Below are positions 26,501 to 33,045 of a stretch of DNA of 33,045 nucleotides, one piece after another (position 1 is the stretch's first letter; each line of letters opens with the position of its first letter). The notes beneath the pieces were generated by a model. The model saw only the letters and a program-made list of their open reading frames with translations, was not told the DNA's origin and ran no database searches. This stretch comes from Parafilimonas sp. Its GTDB lineage: Bacteria > Bacteroidota > Bacteroidia > Chitinophagales > Chitinophagaceae. The stretch is taken from assembly GCA_035631175.1 (NCBI GenBank), contig DASQJI010000566.1, positions 1 to 33,045 on the forward strand, written 5' to 3'. A program made the position numbers and the translations under genes.

Positions 26501-28876
26501 ATGCAATCTCCTAAAGATTGGACAAATACAGAGATGACGGGTTACTTTAATGTCCGACATCAAACGGGAGCGACATCAAACGGCGGCGTTCATATAGAAA
26601 TGAGTGTTAGGGGTGCATGGCATACCACTTCGATCCCCTGTTTAGGTACAGGTTACCATATGAACGCATATCCGAATGGACAGATTATCTTCAAGAAGGA
26701 ATTATCTAATGAAGAATATACTTTTAACAATCCCGTGAAAGAGGGTGCTACTCTGAATTGGGTTAGCGGTCAATGGTTTGGTCTAAAGATGGTTACAAGA
26801 TCAACTAACACGGGTACTGTAAAGATAGAAGCATGGCTTGATTCCGTTGCTAATAATACATGGCTGAAGGTATTTGAGACAGAAGATGCGGGTACATGGG
26901 GAGGCGCTGCGAACGGCTGCGGCGGCAGTGATCACACTATCATAAATTGGGGAGGTCCAATCGCAATGTTCCGTATTGACAATATTGACGATATGCAGGC
27001 TAAATGGTGGTCCGTACGTGAAATTGATGCGACTACATCTACAGCACAACCAGTACCAGATCCTACAGATCCCGTAACATTACCAATTACATGTCCTCCA
27101 GGCCAACAATGGGACGAAACACTTCAGAAATGTGTATTTCCAAATGAGCAAACACCACCACCTGCAGGGCATGTAAACCAATTTGGAATCAGGGAATTCT
27201 TTGCAGATCCCGAAACACCTAGATTCTTTGACAAATATACAAACTCAGGTATTCAAGGCTCAAAGGACACGCCATACAGATATAATTTCAACTTGCCTAT
27301 GGATTGTGTAAGTACAGAATTCTCAGGTTTGATTAAAGTCACTACAAACATACAGGAACATATCACAATCAAACTAGGTGGTGGAATTCATACAACAAAA
27401 CAGAATATGGACGGCTGCTGCTATGATATGGGACTGCCAACACAAGGCCAATCACCTTTAGGTAGACTATTACGGAAGGAATGTCCACACCCTGAATTCT
27501 CAGATTGTTCACCACTAGTAAGACCATTATTTACGTTACCAAGTATTTACAACCTTGAGATAGGAGTAGCAGTAATCAAGGTCAATATGCCTAATCCTTC
27601 TAAAGATGTTTTACTACAATGCTGGATTAACCTAACACCAACTACAACTCCAGGAGGTAATACAATGAATAATAATACATGGCAGAAATATTGGGAATAT
27701 ATTGATAGAGGATCATGCTTTGATCACCCGCTAAGAGAACCGCTAGGTAGTTCTAGACAAGATTTAGTGATGGTCGATAATGCTACTTATACAATGAGAT
27801 TTCCGTCTATCAGGGAAGTTATACCTATCTCAATAGCTTTATCACCTCCAGATCTATGCAACAAACTATCAATAGCGAGAGTAACAGCTTCAGGGTTTGA
27901 TTCACAAAATCCACCTGCTAATACAATAGATAACAAAGCGACTACCAGATGGTCTTCGCTAGGAATAGGTCAATGGATTCAGTTTGACCTAGGAGCAACA
28001 AGCAACCTACTAACAGTTTGTAGCGTAGAGATTGATTGGTATCATGGAGATGATAGACAGTATAGCTTTAGTATTTCCGTATCTTTGAACGGTCAGTTCT
28101 TTACCGATGTGTTCGCAGGTAAGAACACTAGAGGCACAGAAACTTATGTTCTAAGCAGGCAGATAAACACCAATGCTAGATTCGTTAGAATTACCGTTAA
28201 CGGTAATACTGTAAATCAATGGGCTTCTATAGAAGAGGTCAAAATTAGAGGATATGCTAATGTTGGTACACCTGGTCCTTCTGATCCTCCTAGTTGTCCA
28301 CAAGGTTACACATGGAACCCAATAAAACAGATATGTGATAATTCGCCAAATCCCCCTCCAGTACAGCAATGTTTACCAGGAATGCATTGGGATTCTAACC
28401 TACAAGTATGTGTTCCTAATAATCCTCTACCAATTACAAGTATTGTGCTAGATTTAGCAGTTAACAACACGCATTATACGACTACAGGAATAGATCCTTC
28501 AGATGAGACATTACTACCAAGTGGCAAGCATTTCCAACTATCGTCTAATGATACTGATAGAGCATTTCGAGTAGGTACTTTGATACATGACGTAAATAAT
28601 CCAATGCATTACAAATGGAAAGGTGGTATTCAAGACGTAAGGGTATATAGAGAGTATATCGTTAGTTCAATTGAGACACAGAATTTGTATCAGAATAAGA
28701 TGAGCATTAGAGCGATTCCATTCGGTCAAGTCGCACTTGCTGGATTTGCATCATTATTAACTTCTCAAACTTCTTCAGGTGGATTTCACTTAACAGGATT
28801 TCATGCAAAAGGTTATCATGTAGGACAGACGGAAGGCGTTGCAACAGATACGCAAACATCGAGTGATGATATTTAG
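23519..28876 (+). CDS. Giant multidomain adhesin: split LamG/ConA-like frame, four lectin/lyase-like domains, F5/8 type C (discoidin/CBM32) domain, five CxxG..W...C repeats
   Basis: 1785 aa. LamG motifs at both ends (KDSSG..H, FDG, KGGIQDVRVY..LY). Repeated domains begin DPLGV, DPFGV, DKFGV and NQFGI and end S(V/I)R(E/N)(I/V). The discoidin signature is TRWSS..GQWIQFDLG..ARFVRITV. Confidence 0.8.
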   Translation: MSSLGGGFSQMRRRSHAQNKITQLVREFQRFTAGQIKIENPDFRTLNRTASSRMKYSDPFVFSKKKSVFPLFMMPFEPDFNHTALMLRMDHLGRLSKDSSGFGHHAIIYGNQELKQGIDTGNGPSLYQNFDGASTYLQVKDRYNLLNSSIYTTGLSLAARIYPEDLTFTSGDDTKPRIILSKHDDARGLYGYVLGVWPDGSLQYTFTRGGQPYSVATPPDTIKLDTSTELPDQTLAEKTTPPPPPLPYDITVAETINPGIPQQAAFVNIVANQFPASSSGAGTDPLGVKMLYPTKTSGQTWYSNNSAIVNRTDSRVLYAAALAPGEVTLNSDGSIKVTKAVDAENRFYITPTTGYDHTLCSQSWSTNSSRGYMQNAQDWRNVEITAHVRINSVWSTLGHAIVWYVRGGHHSTTYPCEGSAYKGNIMYADASSRFQKEMAHPNYYPTTNKTTGLANNFVGRWFGYKFVCYDMTDGNVKLENWLDLNLDGNWVKVDERIDSTGWGVNPGCGGSTDQKFNWGGPQVAFRFDAAKDIDFNKMSVREIDATGTGGVVTPSPPTGAGVDPFGVQKLYADDPAKPNHWYMGSLTSDPMVNLSGSASNLGSGVWEGHVTTSDNPASFRINVKTKSCQSDFSDSLQAKHGEDWVLREADGYTCKPDDWRNVEMTIFWYVTQWDAADEMSPYVRGGSHHDGWPIACIATEYKGQIQKAGNSRFAKEFHHLSGSTGYAFYSGNPKFTLTDRTNKWTGHKFVCYDFVRATDGKKCVKMEVYAETSDETNGNPTTQNWRLMNELVDDGTLADCPEKGYVSNCNGIAKQVFRWGSGMSTFRIDNVIVRVKKASIRNIIATPSSTPPPPTCPTGQHWDSTLQLCVADTVTTPPPTCPTGQHWDVTLNQCVADTVTTPPPPPPTGGAGTDKFGVKMIYPTKSLGDTWFLNANPGHVSGDTRLVSNAVVSFPAPDIMSFTAANIRWGVTITGGYNQAITFTDQVQLRQRKYMQSPKDWTNTEMTGYFNVRHQTGATSNGGVHIEMSVRGAWHTTSIPCLGTGYHMNAYPNGQIIFKKELSNEEYTFNNPVKEGATLNWVSGQWFGLKMVTRSTNTGTVKIEAWLDSVANNTWLKVFETEDAGTWGGAANGCGGSDHTIINWGGPIAMFRIDNIDDMQAKWWSVREIDATTSTAQPVPDPTDPVTLPITCPPGQQWDETLQKCVFPNEQTPPPAGHVNQFGIREFFADPETPRFFDKYTNSGIQGSKDTPYRYNFNLPMDCVSTEFSGLIKVTTNIQEHITIKLGGGIHTTKQNMDGCCYDMGLPTQGQSPLGRLLRKECPHPEFSDCSPLVRPLFTLPSIYNLEIGVAVIKVNMPNPSKDVLLQCWINLTPTTTPGGNTMNNNTWQKYWEYIDRGSCFDHPLREPLGSSRQDLVMVDNATYTMRFPSIREVIPISIALSPPDLCNKLSIARVTASGFDSQNPPANTIDNKATTRWSSLGIGQWIQFDLGATSNLLTVCSVEIDWYHGDDRQYSFSISVSLNGQFFTDVFAGKNTRGTETYVLSRQINTNARFVRITVNGNTVNQWASIEEVKIRGYANVGTPGPSDPPSCPQGYTWNPIKQICDNSPNPPPVQQCLPGMHWDSNLQVCVPNNPLPITSIVLDLAVNNTHYTTTGIDPSDETLLPSGKHFQLSSNDTDRAFRVGTLIHDVNNPMHYKWKGGIQDVRVYREYIVSSIETQNLYQNKMSIRAIPFGQVALAGFASLLTSQTSSGGFHLTGFHAKGYHVGQTEGVATDTQTSSDDI

Positions 28877-28890
28877 TAGAGATAGTAGAC

Positions 28891-29874
28891 ATGAGTAGCG
28901 AACTACCAATCACGCAAATTACTGTTCCTGAGTATGGCTTACCCTTCGATGCAATTAATTGGCAATTATCTGCGGCCAAACTTAATACTAAAACAATTCT
29001 AGTATGTGATGCAGATTTTGCAGCAGCTTACGGCGCTCAGCTAAGAGGTATGATGGTCAGAATTATAGGCACGAAAACTAATGGTATATTCTCACCTGAT
29101 CATTCATACTTTTGGAGTGCTGATAATACTCGCTGGATTGAAGATACAGGCATTGAGCATCTTCATAATCTCGACACAGACGAAGCGGGAGGTCTATACC
29201 GAAATGTCCTACTAGCTAACATATCAAATTATTATGAGACTGATATCTTACACCCTTCAGCTAATCGATTTGTTGTAACTGTGCAAGGTAGTGCCGTAAA
29301 CACAACGGCTAATGGTGTTGAGTTAGTACAAACAACCACAGCTAATGATTTTGCTCAAATTAGATTACCTGGGGGTGCTTTAGATCTCAGGAAGAAGTGC
29401 GCTTTCTCAATATCAGGTTATGCTAATTCAGGTAAGAACATGACAGCAAAACTAGGCGTAGCTATGGAAAACGTCGGATCAACTGAAGCCTTAACGCCTA
29501 GATTTGGCCTTGAGGTTTGCGATATTTCAAACACTCTTAGAACTTGGAACGTTGTTAGCGGAGATGGTACAGCGTGGAATATGGAAGCATCTTCTGAAAA
29601 CGTAGAACGAACAACACCCCAAGCTATTTACATGGAACTCAACCCACTACAGAACGTTAAATTCACAAGGACAGATGTTAATAATTTCGACGTTATAACA
29701 GTAAAGACTTCTAATATACCAGGGACTAGCCAAACAGCAATAGGTAATGTTTGGGGTCTAGGTTATAAAACTAATGAGGCTGTCACTAAAACATTCTTCC
29801 TCAATTCTCTGCGTATATTAGGCAAATTACCCAACCACTTCCTAGCACCTGCGCAATTGGTCGGAGCGACTTAA
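28891..29874 (+). CDS. Virion protein with a C-terminal beta-sandwich resembling the head of the 5614-7224 fibre
   Basis: 327 aa. QTTTANDFAQIR..LGV..WNVVSGDG parallels TGSTSGNTAAIR..VGF..WNVATNNG; weak similarity by eye. Confidence 0.6.
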   Translation: MSSELPITQITVPEYGLPFDAINWQLSAAKLNTKTILVCDADFAAAYGAQLRGMMVRIIGTKTNGIFSPDHSYFWSADNTRWIEDTGIEHLHNLDTDEAGGLYRNVLLANISNYYETDILHPSANRFVVTVQGSAVNTTANGVELVQTTTANDFAQIRLPGGALDLRKKCAFSISGYANSGKNMTAKLGVAMENVGSTEALTPRFGLEVCDISNTLRTWNVVSGDGTAWNMEASSENVERTTPQAIYMELNPLQNVKFTRTDVNNFDVITVKTSNIPGTSQTAIGNVWGLGYKTNEAVTKTFFLNSLRILGKLPNHFLAPAQLVGAT

Positions 29875-29881
29875 TCTTATA

Positions 29882-30373
29882 ATGGCTAAATGGAATTATA
29901 AAGTTCGACTGAAGATTAATAGATTCTATGTAGCTCAAGCTTTTAACCCAGTTAAAGGGTATGATGTAGAATTTTACGATTGGAATTATAACGGCACAGA
30001 ATGTACAGCTTCATTTGTTTGCTCAGATGATTATTCTAATCCTATTGAACGACACACAAAAGAGGATATGGAAGAATATGTTATATCGAAATTTGGAGCA
30101 AATATCATAAAGGACTGGTCCGCTAGGGAAGATAAGAATCTAGCAGGTAATAATACACCAATCAATAACCCATTATTAGACCGATATAGAAAAGATACTT
30201 ACAAGTCATATTACGATTTATTAGTCAGTAAAGAGCAATTAGAAGAGACTTCGCGCGCGCTAAGTCATGTTTTACCAGCCTTGAAGGGGGTTCGTCATAT
30301 TTCCCCTTTTAAGGTTGTTTCTAACTCTTCGTATAAACCTGATAACTATGTAGTGAGAATAGGACAATGGTAA
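29882..30373 (+). CDS. Hypothetical protein
   Basis: 163-aa ORF coupled to both neighbours. Confidence 0.7.
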   Translation: MAKWNYKVRLKINRFYVAQAFNPVKGYDVEFYDWNYNGTECTASFVCSDDYSNPIERHTKEDMEEYVISKFGANIIKDWSAREDKNLAGNNTPINNPLLDRYRKDTYKSYYDLLVSKEQLEETSRALSHVLPALKGVRHISPFKVVSNSSYKPDNYVVRIGQW

Positions 30374-31698
30374 GCAGTAACGCAGATCTAAAATTCTACT
30401 TATCAGGTACGGGTAATACAAATCCATTCAATAGTTATGGTGGTCCCATATCTTCAACTCAAGTACAAAATGATCAGCTAGAGAATCTATGGAGTAATAT
30501 TTTACCTTCTGAGACTCTAGTAACTGGATTTGTCGATTACCGAGCTATATATGTCAAGAATACAAATCCTATTGATACTATTAGCAATATACACGTCTAT
30601 TGGGCGATCGACGATCCTTTTACGGATTTAGAAATAAGTCATCGTGGCGTAAATGCTTCAGTTGATAGATTAGCAACACCATTTACAGAACCCTCAACTA
30701 TTGAAATAGGTGTTCCTCCAACTGCTGCTACAACTACAACTGCAGTTACTAATGTAACTCCAGAAAACACAAACAGTTTTGGTATAAAGCAATTCTACCA
30801 AGATCCTGCTACTCCAAGATACTATACAGCTTTCACAAATACGGGAGTAATGGCTTCTATCGACGGCTATAGATACAATTGGACAATTCCCGTTAATCTA
30901 GTAAGTGTTGAAGTTGGTGCACTCATAAAGATTACAACTCCAGCGACAACAGCGAGCAATTCATTCATTTGGTTTAAAATGGGGGGAGGTTTGCATAATA
31001 CCACAGTACCTAATGATGCATGTTGCTACGTCGTGGGTATACCACAAACAGGGCAACCCCCTGCTACTAATCTACTCAGGAAGGAATGTCCCTTCAAGTC
31101 TTATCATACATGTGCAACGGTAGCGCCATTATTTACATTACCAACACTTACGAATAGAGAAATCGGCATAGTATGTGTTAAATTAAATCAGCCTCCTAAC
31201 GTTTTCCTTCAATGCTGGATAAATCAAACTCCAGTAAATGCACAAGGAACAATTAACAATGATACATGGGTCAAATACATGGAATATAATGATACTGGAG
31301 GCTGTTATCAATCTCCATACTTGAACCCAGCGGGTGCTAGTCGACAGGAAACTATCAGAGTTGATAATTCTACTTTTACATTAAGATTTGGAAGTACTCG
31401 TGAAATTGTTGCTTCTGCTGCGGGTAATCCTGGAGGACCAACCATTTGTCCCATAGGTCAGCATTATGATACCGCATTACAACGATGTGTCCCTGATGAT
31501 GTGGGAAGCGTACCAAATCCAATTACAGATCCCTGGAGAAAAGCGACAAATAGTTATGCTACAACTGGAGCTATAATACCGTCTCTACCAGCTAATAGTT
31601 TTATAGGTATCTGGTTAAGAAGGGTTATACCTCCTAACGTTAGCAATCTGTTTATTGACTCTTCGGAGTTGGTAGTAGATGGTTCGGGAGTAGGTTAG
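30367..31698 (+). CDS. Virion protein, DLKFY..SG frame with an inserted lectin-like domain and one Cys repeat
   Basis: The frame (ADLKFYLSG..YRAIYVKNT / LPANSFIGIWLRRVIP) is shared with the next ORF. The insert is paralogous to domain 4 of the giant protein. Confidence 0.8.
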   Translation: MVSSNADLKFYLSGTGNTNPFNSYGGPISSTQVQNDQLENLWSNILPSETLVTGFVDYRAIYVKNTNPIDTISNIHVYWAIDDPFTDLEISHRGVNASVDRLATPFTEPSTIEIGVPPTAATTTTAVTNVTPENTNSFGIKQFYQDPATPRYYTAFTNTGVMASIDGYRYNWTIPVNLVSVEVGALIKITTPATTASNSFIWFKMGGGLHNTTVPNDACCYVVGIPQTGQPPATNLLRKECPFKSYHTCATVAPLFTLPTLTNREIGIVCVKLNQPPNVFLQCWINQTPVNAQGTINNDTWVKYMEYNDTGGCYQSPYLNPAGASRQETIRVDNSTFTLRFGSTREIVASAAGNPGGPTICPIGQHYDTALQRCVPDDVGSVPNPITDPWRKATNSYATTGAIIPSLPANSFIGIWLRRVIPPNVSNLFIDSSELVVDGSGVG

Positions 31699-31717
31699 GT
31701 AGTGATAATATAATAAA

Positions 31718-32737
31718 ATGACATTAACAGCAACAGATTTAAAATTCTACTATTCGGGAGGTGCTACAAACTCCGATCCAAATGGAGATCAGGGAGGTAC
31801 AATTAGCAGCGTTCAAGTCCCTGAGCAAATTCTGTCTACAACTCCCTTTGTGAAGAATACGATGTTAAATGATGTATCTTCAACTAATAGAATAGCAGGT
31901 GTAACTCAATACAGATGTTTCTATCTGAAGAATACTCATGCAACACAAACAGCGAGTAATATCAAGATGTTTAAGAATCCCATTACCAATATGCCCGATA
32001 CGGTTTCGATTGGTTATAGCGGTAATGCCGTAAACACCCCTGAACAAACTCTAACCTCTACAGCTTCAAAAGTGTATGATGTAGCAGTAACTACTAGTGA
32101 TGGTGTACTAGATAATACAAGACCGATAAGAGGTGAACGAGTAACAGCAACGACTTCCGTAATCTATAATGTTCCAATCTCTCAAGTTTCTCTGTATCTA
32201 AAGCGAACAGGAAACCCTACAGGAACTTTCTATGTAAGACAGCGTGCTTCTACAAATGATAATGTATCAGGCGCAGCTTTAGCGGAAATAGGTTCTATGG
32301 ACGTTGCAACAATTGCAACCACAGCAACCAAATATACATTTACTGCCACAACACCTAGAGCTTTAGCTGTAAACGATGCGATAACCTACGAATATGCTAA
32401 TGGTACATCTTCCAACTACATATCAGTATTCAGAAATACAGCCGACCCAATTGCAGGAAGTTATGAAGTCTATCATGACGGAACCAGTTGGCATAATAAC
32501 AGTACTTATGATACCTGCGGTGAAGTATGGAAGGCGGGTTTACAAGCTGATAGAACAGCTCCGAGCGGAGTGACTTTTGTTAATCCTATAGATTTAGCTT
32601 CTGCTATATCATTGCCTAACTTAGCACCTTCGGCTTATATTGGCTGTTGGTTCAAAAGGGTTGTACCAGTAAATTGCAGCGCAAAAGTCGGTGATAATTT
32701 TCAGATCGCAGTACAGTTTGAGAGTCCTAACCCATGA
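31718..32737 (+). CDS. Virion protein, same frame with a different inserted domain
   Basis: TDLKFYYSGG..YRCFYLKNT / LAPSAYIGCWFKRVVP; insert at about 32070-32530 with ISQVSLYLKRTGNPTG. Confidence 0.8.
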   Translation: MTLTATDLKFYYSGGATNSDPNGDQGGTISSVQVPEQILSTTPFVKNTMLNDVSSTNRIAGVTQYRCFYLKNTHATQTASNIKMFKNPITNMPDTVSIGYSGNAVNTPEQTLTSTASKVYDVAVTTSDGVLDNTRPIRGERVTATTSVIYNVPISQVSLYLKRTGNPTGTFYVRQRASTNDNVSGAALAEIGSMDVATIATTATKYTFTATTPRALAVNDAITYEYANGTSSNYISVFRNTADPIAGSYEVYHDGTSWHNNSTYDTCGEVWKAGLQADRTAPSGVTFVNPIDLASAISLPNLAPSAYIGCWFKRVVPVNCSAKVGDNFQIAVQFESPNP

Positions 32738-32762
32738 TTTTGTCTACTAGTAGACTGAATGA
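32738..32762. repeat. Dispersed palindromic element, copy 3 (core at 32742-32755)
   Basis: ttttGTCTACTAGTAGACtgaatga, same orientation as copy 1. Confidence 0.9.
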
Positions 32763-32803
32763 CAGTAATATAATTATGAAAAGGAGTTATAGTATTAATT
32801 AAA

Positions 32804-33045
32804 ATGGTACAAGGTCAAGACGGCGTAAGACTGATTTACCCTAGTACGACTGGAGGGGAATTCTGGTTTATCAACATTGGTAATCTCCATAATGATCCTA
32901 GATTTATCCCAAGCCATGTTTTAGACGGAGATGAAGAGATAGGGTTCAAAGCATTTGGTCAATTCGTTTCAATGTGGGCTAAAACCTCAACTGGTTTTAC
33001 TTCAGGAATTGTACCTTCCAATATAGATCATGGACAGCTAGCTTC
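32804..33045 (+). CDS. Partial (3'-truncated) protein starting with another copy of the YPTK-type domain
   Basis: MVQGQDGVRLIYPSTTGGEFWFINIGNLHNDPRF... matches DKFGVKMIYPTKSLGDTWFL; runs off the window end. Confidence 0.7.
   Translation, partial: MVQGQDGVRLIYPSTTGGEFWFINIGNLHNDPRFIPSHVLDGDEEIGFKAFGQFVSMWAKTSTGFTSGIVPSNIDHGQLA

Noticed and set aside
465-28979. Numerous short - strand and alternate-frame ORFs in the track (e.g. 465-779, 4338-4598, 6195-6533, 17335-18753, 19684-19872, 28707-28979)
   Set aside because: They lie within or largely overlap long, coherent + strand genes and read as antisense or shadow frames without recognisable motifs.
7408-32755. Palindromic element as a CRISPR repeat or transposon end
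   Set aside because: Copies are 7.6 and 17.7 kb apart with no spacer array, cas gene, transposase or evident target-site duplication.
1-33045. tRNA, rRNA, integrase/att site, defence or auxiliary metabolic genes (e.g. amoC)
   Set aside because: None recognised. Intergenic gaps are short and no diagnostic motifs were seen by eye.

Overview
This is about 33 kb of densely packed, AT-rich, almost entirely + strand DNA encoding the virion morphogenesis region of a tailed dsDNA virus (Caudoviricetes, siphovirus-like: tail tube and long tape measure protein, no sheath seen). Gene order: fibre/adhesin-like accessory genes (1-7408); prohead protease/scaffold, decoration protein and major capsid protein (7490-10629); an unknown protein and three small membrane proteins (10777-12862); an inverted neck block (12859-13996); tail tube, tail assembly chaperone with a -1 frameshift, gp10-like protein and tape measure (14063-20992); tail-tip and adhesin genes including a 1785-aa mosaic protein (20979-end). 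No terminase, portal, integrase, replication genes or RNA genes were recognised. I infer an archaeal host, probably an ammonia-oxidising Nitrososphaeria, from TATA-type promoters and adhesin domains resembling Nitrososphaeraceae surface proteins; this is not confirmed. Main observations: (1) a TAGTTCTCA motif with a TATA-like box at fixed spacing, including a copy upstream of an internal scaffold start; (2) a dispersed GTCTACTAGTAGAC palindromic element at three gene-block boundaries; (3) a CCCAAAG slippery site plus hairpin giving an unannotated G-T fusion; (4) a probable ACG start codon; (5) repeated insertion of adhesin cassettes inside structural domains. All family assignments come from reading motifs by eye, not from database searches.
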